Shown one piece after another: positions 16,564 to 25,260 of a stretch of DNA of 58,005 nucleotides (positions are counted from its first letter, which is position 1; the number at the start of each line of letters is the position of its first letter). The notes beneath the pieces were generated by a model, which searched no databases, was not told the DNA's origin, and was given only the letters and a program-made list of their open reading frames with translations. The translations under genes were made by a program, and so were the position numbers. Source of the DNA: a virus (lineage: Duplodnaviria; Caudoviricetes); IMG/VR virus record IMGVR_UViG_3300032213_002204, positions 1 to 58,005 of that record. One strand, 5' to 3'.

Positions 16564-16663
16564 CTGGGTATTAATGTGAAACCCTAAAAATAAGAATGGT
16601 TAAATCAATTACGGACACATATCATTCGTATCATATTAATACCCACCTTTCAAGGAGACGAAG

Positions 16664-16795
16664 ATGTCACTCGCCAAATTTAGAAAAATCTTTAAAGGCA
16701 ATGCAGAAGTTAGTATCCCTAACCCTCCAAAGCCAACTGAGTCTAAGCCTCAGGATAATAAAGACGACGCTAAAGATAAGCCATACACAAAGTAG
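16664..16795 (+). CDS. 43 aa basic hypothetical protein (not in the ORF track)
   Basis: AAGGAG SD; MSLAKFRKIFKGNAEVSIPNPPKP... Confidence 0.55.
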   Translation: MSLAKFRKIFKGNAEVSIPNPPKPTESKPQDNKDDAKDKPYTK

Positions 16796-16915
16796 TCTAC
16801 CCTTGAAGCCATCGGGTGCTTGTCGTAAAGTAATTATTTTTTATAATCAGATTCCATTTGTGGTGAGTGTTATAAGAAGTAAAGACCTGCAGACAATACA
16901 ATTCAATGGCTTAAC

Positions 16916-16987
16916 GCCGGGTTAGCTCAGTGGTAGAGCAACGCACTTGTAATGCGTAGGTCCTCAGTTCAATCCTGAGATTCGGCT
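16916..16987 (+). tRNA. tRNA-Thr(TGT), no CCA
   Basis: GCCGGGT/ATTCGGC acceptor; ACGCA-CTTGTAA-TGCGT. Confidence 0.92.
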
Positions 16988-17110
16988 CTAGTAGTAGCTA
17001 ACATCCAGTACTCTACCAGAGATGCCGGGGCAACGTAAATCGTGTATAATGTTAGTGGACCCATATCTCCAACACGACTACTACTTTTATTCTGAAAGGA
17101 TAAATACAAA

Positions 17111-17539
17111 ATGAAAAAAATTATTATAGCCACATCTATTTTATTAACACTTACAGCTTGCGGAAGCAAGACTGTATACGTCACCAGCACTGAAGCGCCT
17201 GAGACAACAGTCAAGGTTGTCAAGACAACTGACGCACCAATTGCCACCTCACCAATGGACACTTATGCTCCGCCAGTCACATGGACAGACGAAGACGAGT
17301 TCATTGCAGACATCTACAACGAAAACACTGGCCCCATTTACCTTGAAGACCAAGACCTGATTGACACAGGATATGCCGTTTGCGAAGGATTGCGTAGTGG
17401 CATGAGTGGCTACGACGCCATTAATGCAATCACTTCATCAGCCGAAGGCAATGCTGCTGTAGAAGAACTCCTTATTAATGTTACAGCATCCGCCGTCATT
17501 AACTTTTGTCCCGAACAACAATATAAATTTAATGAATGA
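17111..17539 (+). CDS. DUF732-family lipoprotein
   Basis: lipobox LTAC; DEDEFI...GYAVCEGLRSG...AVINFCPE. Confidence 0.8.
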   Translation: MKKIIIATSILLTLTACGSKTVYVTSTEAPETTVKVVKTTDAPIATSPMDTYAPPVTWTDEDEFIADIYNENTGPIYLEDQDLIDTGYAVCEGLRSGMSGYDAINAITSSAEGNAAVEELLINVTASAVINFCPEQQYKFNE

Positions 17540-17757
17540 GAGATTTTGCAATGACCACTAGAGATACTTATGACATTTTGTCTTATGAACAAGAGCAAAA
17601 CCAGCCCGTAACTGGAATAAACATTCAAATCAATACCCTAATTGATGCAATGATTGACGCTGAAAAATGCTTGTTCCACAATAGTGACTCTAACTTAATG
17701 CCTGTCAATGATTCAATTTTGAATATAGACATTAAAGCTCAACACCCTAGAGGATAA
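17536..17757 (+). CDS. hypothetical protein
   Basis: ORF track; start uncertain. Confidence 0.4.
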   Translation: MRDFAMTTRDTYDILSYEQEQNQPVTGINIQINTLIDAMIDAEKCLFHNSDSNLMPVNDSILNIDIKAQHPRG

Positions 17758-17761
17758 TTAT

Positions 17762-18226
17762 ATGGATCCGTTATTAGATATCTTTAATTCTTTTTTGTCA
17801 GAATATACCAAAACAAATGGATGGGATAGTCCCGCTTCCGTTTGGTTCTGGGATTACGATTCTTCTCAATGGAATTCTATTGAAGAATCTTATCAGGATC
17901 CATATGATTTAATCCCAACGCTTGTCGTCCATGGCTACCATGGTGCAGCTATGTTTGTAGTCCATGGATGGGCAGCTCCCTATAGTGAATATGAATATGA
18001 TGAATATGGAGAACCCACTCGTCCATCTAAGCATCCTGAGAGAATGCGAGTTCGTTCTTTCACTTATCTCAGTGGTGAAAATATTTTAAATTCATATCAG
18101 ATTATGGGCAAACCTATTGAAGAAGTTGAAGCTGAACCCGAAGGTGCTATTATTGATAGCATCATTATTGCCATCCACAAAATGAAAAAATACTTAGCTA
18201 AGGAAGTTTACAGTGAACAAGATTGA
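17762..18226 (+). CDS. hypothetical protein
   Basis: GAGG SD; GWAAP...RPSKHPERMRVR. Confidence 0.65.
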   Translation: MDPLLDIFNSFLSEYTKTNGWDSPASVWFWDYDSSQWNSIEESYQDPYDLIPTLVVHGYHGAAMFVVHGWAAPYSEYEYDEYGEPTRPSKHPERMRVRSFTYLSGENILNSYQIMGKPIEEVEAEPEGAIIDSIIIAIHKMKKYLAKEVYSEQD

Positions 18227-18692
18227 TTCTATTTTAAATAAAATTCTTTATGCTGTTGCTGTTTTATTTTTTCTTATAGCAGCTATTATACTTTTAACTG
18301 GCTGCGCAGTTACTCAAAGTGATACAACTACTACCTTGAAACCTATGCGCCCCACCAATGTTACTGTAGTTATTACTGATCCACAAATTATTCCATCATT
18401 TTCTGGAACAGTCAATAATACTTATATTCAAACTGTTGAGTTTTTTTATCAGGGAACTCCACCAGTTTCTGATCAAGTTATTATGGAATTCGGTGAGCAA
18501 TGGTGTGATCTATTGATAGATGGCATGCAGCCCGATGATGTTATTAACAGAATCCATGAAGGCGCTATTGATAACGACGATGCTCGTATGCACTTTTCAA
18601 TTGTAAATGCTGCTATACTAGAGCTTTGTCCCAGCCAATCCCATAAGTCTGAAGAGATCGCACTTAGATCTTTTCTTCCTAAGGAACAATAA
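18213..18692 (+). CDS. DUF732-like lipoprotein
   Basis: lipobox LTGC; FGEQWCDLLIDG...AAILELCP. Confidence 0.7.
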   Translation: MNKIDSILNKILYAVAVLFFLIAAIILLTGCAVTQSDTTTTLKPMRPTNVTVVITDPQIIPSFSGTVNNTYIQTVEFFYQGTPPVSDQVIMEFGEQWCDLLIDGMQPDDVINRIHEGAIDNDDARMHFSIVNAAILELCPSQSHKSEEIALRSFLPKEQ

Positions 18693-18952
18693 TGATTATT
18701 GATTTATCCAATGATGATCCTATGATTTTAAATCAAAACCGATCTGGATTTTTATTTGATCAAAAAGGATTAGCTCATTTTTTTGATAATCTCGACTATG
18801 CAGAAGATAACGCAGAGTGGCCTGAACATACTGGACCCTTTTATCTTTTGTATTCTAATAACTCAAATTCAGTTCCCACTATGATGGGAATTGAAATTTC
18901 TGATGTTCAATCTATTACATTCAATCGAATACGTGGGCTAGAAGAAATCTAA
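18692..18952 (+). CDS. hypothetical protein
   Basis: TAATG coupling. Confidence 0.6.
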   Translation: MIIDLSNDDPMILNQNRSGFLFDQKGLAHFFDNLDYAEDNAEWPEHTGPFYLLYSNNSNSVPTMMGIEISDVQSITFNRIRGLEEI

Positions 18953-18961
18953 ACTCTTCTA

Positions 18962-19036
18962 GCCCCTGTCGTCTACCGGTTAAGACAACACTCTTATAAA
19001 GTGTTTAACGGAGTTCAACTCTCCGCGGGGGTACCA
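18962..19036 (+). tRNA. tRNA-Ile(TAT), CCA encoded
   Basis: GCCCCTG/CGGGGGT acceptor; ACACT-CTTATAA-AGTGT; CGGAG-TTCAACT-CTCCG. Confidence 0.85.
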
Positions 19037-19308
19037 TGGATCCATTACAATACTTTGATGAAGAATATTCTTCTATCAACTCTTCTATTAATAATATAAC
19101 TTCAATAGTTATTCAGTGCAATGATAATGTCTCTGAAATATTGAAAATCCAAAAAAGACTCCAAACTATATCTAACAATAAAAACATAGACTCTAAGCAG
19201 CTAAAAGAAATTTTAGATATTATATCCTCATTAGCTCAATTGTCTGGCACACTTTTGGAGTGCACTCAAAGCATTAAGTCAAACATTACTTTTGACACCA
19301 ATAATTAA
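19036..19308 (+). CDS. hypothetical protein; ATG overlaps the tRNA-Ile CCA
   Basis: 90 aa helical ORF. Confidence 0.6.
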   Translation: MDPLQYFDEEYSSINSSINNITSIVIQCNDNVSEILKIQKRLQTISNNKNIDSKQLKEILDIISSLAQLSGTLLECTQSIKSNITFDTNN

Positions 19309-19343
19309 TTTGCAGACAATCTCTATGAAAGAAATTAAACTTT

Positions 19344-20105
19344 ATGACTTACCTCAGTAATGATAGCGATCTATTTGAATATGATCCAGAAGAAGATATT
19401 TCTACTCCAGACCTAGAAGAGATTAAAGATAATACTACTAAAAAAAAAACGAATGTTGACGATTTTCTTTCTCAACACAAAGATTTACTAGGTGTCTTAC
19501 AGACTTCTTCTGAACAATTATTAGACGAAAATAAAATTCGTTTAGCTACAGGCCTCCATGCAGCGACTTCTCGCTTCTTCGCTAAGATTGGACCGCCTAC
19601 TTTTGACAAATCAGTTTCAGTTGTTTTAGATAAGTTATCTAATGGAGATTTTTCTTTAATAAATACTTACTACCGGACAGAAGCTTTAATTATACAAAGA
19701 CTTTTATTTATTAGTTTAATGAATACTATTCTTGGTCTTGATTCTGATGAAAAGTCTGAAGATTCTTTTTCTGTAAAAAATCTTCTTGAAGCCTTGGAGT
19801 TTGAAAATGTTGACGATCATATCAAAATATTTTATCAGACATCCCTTAGCATCTGTCAACATACTTTAGTTCACGACAGAATTGTTTATCAACATCTTGG
19901 TGATCGCTTAAATATGCCCGTCAATCCAGATCTTATTGATCCACATTATTCTATTGATATTACCAAGTTAAATAATCCAGTAGTTAATGACTACGCAGAA
20001 AATGCCTATGCCTCAATCATGACAAGCATTGCTCAAGATGGTGTCCTTGAAAAACTCAAAGATACTTTCGGAATACAGATAGGTTATTACTCTAATGAAA
20101 AATAA
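19344..20105 (+). CDS. hypothetical protein
   Basis: 253 aa ORF. Confidence 0.7.
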   Translation: MTYLSNDSDLFEYDPEEDISTPDLEEIKDNTTKKKTNVDDFLSQHKDLLGVLQTSSEQLLDENKIRLATGLHAATSRFFAKIGPPTFDKSVSVVLDKLSNGDFSLINTYYRTEALIIQRLLFISLMNTILGLDSDEKSEDSFSVKNLLEALEFENVDDHIKIFYQTSLSICQHTLVHDRIVYQHLGDRLNMPVNPDLIDPHYSIDITKLNNPVVNDYAENAYASIMTSIAQDGVLEKLKDTFGIQIGYYSNEK

Positions 20106-20550
20106 ATTTTTTAAAAAGATACCTAAATTATTTTGGACCGTATCGAGCCTTGCTGCAGTAGCTGCAATTAACTATGCCTTAATTCCTACTCCATTTGTTT
20201 TTATTGCCCTTATGGTGCTTCTTGTCCATGAGTTGGCTCATTACTTTATGGCTAAAAAATTAGGAGCAGAAGTTACTCTTCCTGTATTCATTCCTTTACC
20301 TTTTATTGCCATAGCCTTTACCAAGATTAAAGGTTTATCCAGTAAATCAAAAATGAAAGTTGCATTGACGGGACCTATTACTGGATTCATTACGGCCTTA
20401 TTGCTTGTTATCCTTAACTCTATATTTAAAATTATATCTCCCGTAGCTTTGATTGTCTTAGCTATGGGTGAAATATTATTTAACTATATCGGCAATGACG
20501 GTAAGAAATATCGTTCTGCAAAGAAAGACATTATATTATGCACTTGTTAA
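20095..20550 (+). CDS. minimal M50 (site-2 protease-like) membrane metallopeptidase
   Basis: LLVHELAHYF (HExxH), VALTGP, distal NDG; hydrophobic. Confidence 0.75.
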   Translation: MKNKFFKKIPKLFWTVSSLAAVAAINYALIPTPFVFIALMVLLVHELAHYFMAKKLGAEVTLPVFIPLPFIAIAFTKIKGLSSKSKMKVALTGPITGFITALLLVILNSIFKIISPVALIVLAMGEILFNYIGNDGKKYRSAKKDIILCTC

Positions 20551-20759
20551 TTTTGCCATTTGTCCTAGCTGGTTTATCTGCGAAAATATTTAATAAAAAA
20601 TTAAATAAAAAATCTCATCCAGAAACCTCAGAAAAGCAGTTAGATATTATTATCTCTAGTTTTTTTACTGATATTACACCGACTGATTTTGGAGATTTTA
20701 AAGATGACAAGAAAGATAAGACGTCAACAAAAAAAGCAAGAGCTTCAATCGAGAGTTAA
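20538..20759 (+). CDS. hypothetical protein
   Basis: hydrophobic N-terminus. Confidence 0.45.
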   Translation: MHLLILPFVLAGLSAKIFNKKLNKKSHPETSEKQLDIIISSFFTDITPTDFGDFKDDKKDKTSTKKARASIES

Positions 20760-20961
20760 TTCTTTTCTTGAAGATTCCTATTTTGACATTCAGGGTTTAT
20801 CCCCTGGATCATTAGGCTCAAGCATAGATGAGCAATATCTAGCTAGAGTTCTTACAAAGTTAGCGATAGGATCTGCCACAGTATGGTGGTCTTTACTAGA
20901 AGTTAAAGATTTTCTTATACTTCGCAAAAAGTCTAAAGGATTAAAAAATGACCCATTCTGA
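20689..20961 (+). CDS. hypothetical protein
   Basis: ORF track; probable start at MTRK after GGAG. Confidence 0.5.
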   Translation: MEILKMTRKIRRQQKKQELQSRVNSFLEDSYFDIQGLSPGSLGSSIDEQYLARVLTKLAIGSATVWWSLLEVKDFLILRKKSKGLKNDPF

Positions 20962-21352
20962 AAACTCCCCTAAACCATCTAATACTTCTATAGATTCTTT
21001 TAACTTTTCTTTTTCCCTTCTAGATAAAGCTCGTGAAGATATACAATCTGATTATGATTCTTTATCTCAACGCATTGAGACTATTGTCGATTCTGAAAAA
21101 TTTTATGTAAATAACTTTCCAGTTCTTAAACAAATTCTTATGATTGGCGCTAAAAAGAATGATCTTAAAAAATTATCTAAAGCCCTTTCTAGATTGTCCG
21201 AACTTGTTGAAATACATTCTCAGCTTGAAGACAAACTAAGCGTTATGAATACTCTTGCTGATCAACCTCATTGGTTCACTTCTACCTTTGGTGATTTCTC
21301 TAAAGAGATTGATGCTGGTATTGAAAGTATATTTAGAGACTTAGAAGATTAA
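20948..21352 (+). CDS. coiled-coil hypothetical protein
   Basis: AAGGA SD. Confidence 0.6.
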   Translation: MTHSENSPKPSNTSIDSFNFSFSLLDKAREDIQSDYDSLSQRIETIVDSEKFYVNNFPVLKQILMIGAKKNDLKKLSKALSRLSELVEIHSQLEDKLSVMNTLADQPHWFTSTFGDFSKEIDAGIESIFRDLED

Positions 21353-21384
21353 TTTTATTATTACTGAATAGGATTTTATTTAAT

Positions 21385-22779
21385 ATGCAAAATGTTAACT
21401 ATACATTTATTAACAACGAAGGCAACTTTGTCTTTCGTTCTAATATCAATTCATTTGGCTTAGACCATGTAACTGATAAAGACGTTACTTCTTTTTATAC
21501 TAATTTTTCTTCTTCATCTTATTTTGACACTGGCTTATTGCCTGTGGATGGTACTGGTTTACTCTCTATTAGAAAAGCTGGCAATCACACTCAGATTGCT
21601 TATCAGCATGCTCCCGGTAAATACTATATTAACTGGGGTTCCTATGAAGGCGACCATGAAGCTAGGAAGTATTATGTAGCTCAGCCTTACCGTATTGTTG
21701 TTGCTGACTTACTTAATGGCAATATATATGGCGCTAGAACTTACTACAGTCCAACGCCCATCACCTATCCACAAGCTCCTCTGTATCATGTTAATCTTCC
21801 CAATATTAACTGTAAAGGATATAGAGGAAATAGCGTTGGATGGATATGCCTTTATCATAATGAAGATATCTCAGCTTATCCATTCAATGAAAAACTTGTT
21901 AAAATCTTAGATCGCTGCTCAGGTACTGAAACCTATAATGATAATAACATGAGTGAAACTGATGGTCCATGTTTTTATCGTGAAAACTATAAGCCTAATT
22001 ACTTAACTAATCCTCAATATTGGCAAGACTATTCAGACCAAAATGGTTATGAATGGACTTTAGATCCAGAACTTTGGATTCCAATTCTAGTCGAAGGCAG
22101 AGACAATCAAGATAAACATTATTCTAATGGCCAACCTTTGACATTCGCTGATGCAATCATTGGCAATTACCAATGTTATTACACCGACAATTTAATTCCT
22201 AAGCCTGTCAATCGCATCGTCAGATCAGATTATTCTTTAAATTCTAATTTAGTTTTTGAATGGTTCAGAAACTCTTACAATGAATCGCAACAATCACAAC
22301 AACCTCAACCGTCTATAGATCCTTACTCTAGTAGTTTAGCTGTTAAAGAAACTCTTTCTTTGGCTGCTCCTGCTTTTGTAAATCAACAAGACGAAGACGA
22401 AGATGAACAAGAGGATGAAGACTCTTGGTATTGTGAATCTTGTCATGAAACTTTTTCTGAATCTAATCATAAACCAGTACTTGATTACAACTCAAGATAT
22501 ACTTGTCAAGACTGTATTGATGAGTCTTATTCATTTGCCGTGAATACTCAATCCTATCATCATGATGATGATGTTTTATGGCTTAGTCTCAGTGAAGTAT
22601 ATATTTTCCCTGATACTTTAACATATGCCCTTGAATATAAAATCTGCACTATTTGCAGTCAAGGAATGTATTACAATCATAAAGACTTTAATTCTTTTAT
22701 GCCACTCACAGTTACGTATCCTGATACATGCCAAACTTGCATTCATACACTGACCAATCCTTCCGAACAACTATTTTGA
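21385..22779 (+). CDS. prokaryotic E2-like protein (Prok-E2 family D / PRTRC-B-like) with Cys-rich C-terminus
   Basis: QPYRIVV...PLYHVNLPNIN...GWICL; acidic linker; four CxxC pairs; adjacent to JAB, E1 and Ubl. Confidence 0.65.
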   Translation: MQNVNYTFINNEGNFVFRSNINSFGLDHVTDKDVTSFYTNFSSSSYFDTGLLPVDGTGLLSIRKAGNHTQIAYQHAPGKYYINWGSYEGDHEARKYYVAQPYRIVVADLLNGNIYGARTYYSPTPITYPQAPLYHVNLPNINCKGYRGNSVGWICLYHNEDISAYPFNEKLVKILDRCSGTETYNDNNMSETDGPCFYRENYKPNYLTNPQYWQDYSDQNGYEWTLDPELWIPILVEGRDNQDKHYSNGQPLTFADAIIGNYQCYYTDNLIPKPVNRIVRSDYSLNSNLVFEWFRNSYNESQQSQQPQPSIDPYSSSLAVKETLSLAAPAFVNQQDEDEDEQEDEDSWYCESCHETFSESNHKPVLDYNSRYTCQDCIDESYSFAVNTQSYHHDDDVLWLSLSEVYIFPDTLTYALEYKICTICSQGMYYNHKDFNSFMPLTVTYPDTCQTCIHTLTNPSEQLF

Positions 22780-22818
22780 TTAATCAAAGAACTAGAAAAC
22801 ATTATAACAGGAGAAAAA

Positions 22819-24489
22819 ATGTCTGAACAAATTTCTTTTGATGACCTTCCCGTCATCTGGATGGAAGATGGTCTTCCTTGTTTCATGGGAGACCGTGCTG
22901 ATATCTGTGACCTCGCAGAATCCTTTGGATTTAATATATACTATCTATTAGCTAATCAAGCTAAAGAGGTCAAGCCTACACCTCCTCCGTCTAACACCAC
23001 TTATGGCAAACCCGCTGCTACTGCCTTGGCTGTTGCTCCTCCTACTTTTGTGAGAAATTCTCAAATCTATCGAGTAGTTAATAACTTTGTAGGTAGAACA
23101 GTTACTGTTTGTTCTCCTTCTTTTCCTCAATCATTTATTGATGTTGAAGAAGAAGCTACTTATTCGATGCCTGCTATTCCGCATATCTTAATCGATAAGC
23201 TAGATCAGTTCTTTAGACTCGTTGATGCACAACACGGTGCTGAATCTATTGTCATGCTTACCTATGACACCACTAAAGAAGGATCAGAAGGATGGGGCAT
23301 TCTTGTTCCCGATCAAACCAATACTTCTGTTCACTGTAATTATGATCCAGACAGCATCGCTCAAGTTAAGCCTGATGAAGTTATGATTGTAGGATCAGTT
23401 CACAGTCATCCTGGAATGTCTGCGTATGCTTCCGGAACAGACCATGCTGATCAAGCAGATTTTGATGGAATCCATATTACTTTTGGCTGGCAAAAGACAG
23501 TTAACAATGGTGCTACTCAATACTACGCTGAACTTCAAATGGCTGGCAAAGCCTATAAGCTTGACATCGAAGATGTCTTTGAAGAATATATTATTGAAAA
23601 AGCTCCTGATCCTGAAGTAGTAGGTTGGACTGAAAAAGTAAAAAAAGCCAACCCCCCCAAAGCGGGGGGTTCGGTTACGGTAACTACTGGGGCGGCGTAT
23701 CAGGCCCCTCGTCCAAACACGAATCAAGGGACTCCGGCCTCTACGGTAGCTGGTACTCTCCCTAAGAATCAATATTATATAGATTATCCTTCTCATATTA
23801 AAAATATAACACATGATGTTATAGATATTGACAATGATAATATTCTAGTTTGCGAGGTTGTTGGTAACTATGAAAACAAAACCTACAATTGTCCAGGTTG
23901 CTTCTCCATTATTGCTAAGCATGATGTGTATGCTAGTAACTGTTGCCCTTTTTGCGATATACCCTTATCTGAACAGGATACAACAGCAGACCAAATAATT
24001 TGGGATATGTTTCAATATTGCAATGATAGAAAAATTCCCACTAATGCTTCTCTGTATTTACTAACTGCAGATCTTGACAATTCTCCAATGCTTCTTAGGC
24101 TTACTGCAGAAACAATGGACGCTTATTCAGATTCTGCTTGGATAGATATAGAAGATAAAGCTTTAGATGTCGATCCTAGGTTGACGCTCTGCTGCAGCAT
24201 GATTCCAGAAAACTGCATGTGCCCTACTCAGGTTGTCACTTATGACTCTATGGATTTTGATCAATTCATGGGCAAGTCTTCAGTTTATGTCGCTAGTTCT
24301 GCTTGTGAAGTATGCAATTATTACTACGATACAAATTGTCCTAGCTATAGCAAAGCTATTGTAGATTTTAAATCAAATACAAATCAATCAGACAACAAAG
24401 ATAAATACGAAGATTCTATCGATGGAGTCAATTGCGACTTCTTTTCCGAATACACCTATTCTACTTCCGAGGATATTTATAATTCATGA
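22819..24489 (+). CDS. JAB/MPN+ metallo-isopeptidase with Cys-rich C-terminal extension
   Basis: upstream Glu (AESIV), IVGSVHSHPGMSAYASGTD (HxHx7Sx2D), GIHITFG. Confidence 0.9.
   Translation: MSEQISFDDLPVIWMEDGLPCFMGDRADICDLAESFGFNIYYLLANQAKEVKPTPPPSNTTYGKPAATALAVAPPTFVRNSQIYRVVNNFVGRTVTVCSPSFPQSFIDVEEEATYSMPAIPHILIDKLDQFFRLVDAQHGAESIVMLTYDTTKEGSEGWGILVPDQTNTSVHCNYDPDSIAQVKPDEVMIVGSVHSHPGMSAYASGTDHADQADFDGIHITFGWQKTVNNGATQYYAELQMAGKAYKLDIEDVFEEYIIEKAPDPEVVGWTEKVKKANPPKAGGSVTVTTGAAYQAPRPNTNQGTPASTVAGTLPKNQYYIDYPSHIKNITHDVIDIDNDNILVCEVVGNYENKTYNCPGCFSIIAKHDVYASNCCPFCDIPLSEQDTTADQIIWDMFQYCNDRKIPTNASLYLLTADLDNSPMLLRLTAETMDAYSDSAWIDIEDKALDVDPRLTLCCSMIPENCMCPTQVVTYDSMDFDQFMGKSSVYVASSACEVCNYYYDTNCPSYSKAIVDFKSNTNQSDNKDKYEDSIDGVNCDFFSEYTYSTSEDIYNS
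23640..23765 (+). other. candidate -1 ribosomal frameshift cassette with a 39-codon alternative tail
   Basis: in-frame A AAA AAA heptamer; AACCCCCC/GGGGGGTT hairpin just downstream; -1 frame reads SQPPQSGGFGYGNYWGG...WYSP*. Confidence 0.6.
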
Positions 24490-25247
24490 ACTCACAACCA
24501 AAACGCTTTATACTAGTTGGAGCAGGTGGCATTGGCACTTGGCTTGCAGCAGGTCTTGTTAGACTTCTTGAATGGAAGTTTCCTGGATCTGCTCTTATCA
24601 TCGTTGACGGTGATACCTATGAGGAAAAAAATAAAGAACGACAAGACTTTACTAAGCTTGGCAATAAAGCCGTAGTTAAAGCTACTGAACTTGTTCCTCA
24701 ATTTCCCAAAACTACAATTATACCTGTAGCTAAATGGGTAGTGGCCGATGATTATTCTGGTGTCACTGACGAAGAAAGTCCTAAGATTACAGCTTCTCAA
24801 CTTATACGTGAAGATGATGTAGTCTTTGCAGTCGTTGACAACTTTGCTGCTAGAAAAATTATATTTGATGCTGCCGCTAAGTTGAACAATATTGACGTCT
24901 TTACTGGCGGTAATGATGATGACCTTTTTGGTTCTATCTATCATTACCAAAAGCGAGATGGTTACGAAGTAACCGTTCATCCAGCTGAGTTCCATCCAGA
25001 ATATCACAATCCTCCTGACAAGAATCCCGGTGAGCTTTCTTGCCAAGAGCGTTCAGAGATATCAGGAGGCACTCAACTACTTGCTACTAACATGGCTGTT
25101 TCAGCCTACATTCTAGGACGAGTTCAGAAAACAATCGTGTCCAATCAAAGTCCTGAAGAAACAGAGATTTTCTTTGATCTTGGTCTCGGTAAGTCCGAAC
25201 CCTATAATAGAACCACATCAGCTCTCAATCAACCAACCACAGTATAG
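24486..25247 (+). CDS. E1-like ThiF-family adenylyltransferase
   Basis: VGAGGIG, VDGDTYEEKNKERQ, VDNFAARK, candidate catalytic Cys in LSCQ. Confidence 0.92.
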   Translation: MNSQPKRFILVGAGGIGTWLAAGLVRLLEWKFPGSALIIVDGDTYEEKNKERQDFTKLGNKAVVKATELVPQFPKTTIIPVAKWVVADDYSGVTDEESPKITASQLIREDDVVFAVVDNFAARKIIFDAAAKLNNIDVFTGGNDDDLFGSIYHYQKRDGYEVTVHPAEFHPEYHNPPDKNPGELSCQERSEISGGTQLLATNMAVSAYILGRVQKTIVSNQSPEETEIFFDLGLGKSEPYNRTTSALNQPTTV

Positions 25248-25260
25248 TTAGGAGAATATC

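Noticed and set aside
15485-16660. Theta/HDV-like or hammerhead ribozymes next to the tRNAs
   Set aside because: The trailers look like simple stem-loops. I found no nested double pseudoknot and no CUGANGA plus GAAA core by eye; an Infernal search would settle it.
16596-16925. 109 aa ORF in the tRNA cluster
   Set aside because: It overlaps tRNA-Thr and structured spacers. The 43 aa ORF at 16664-16795 has the better SD.
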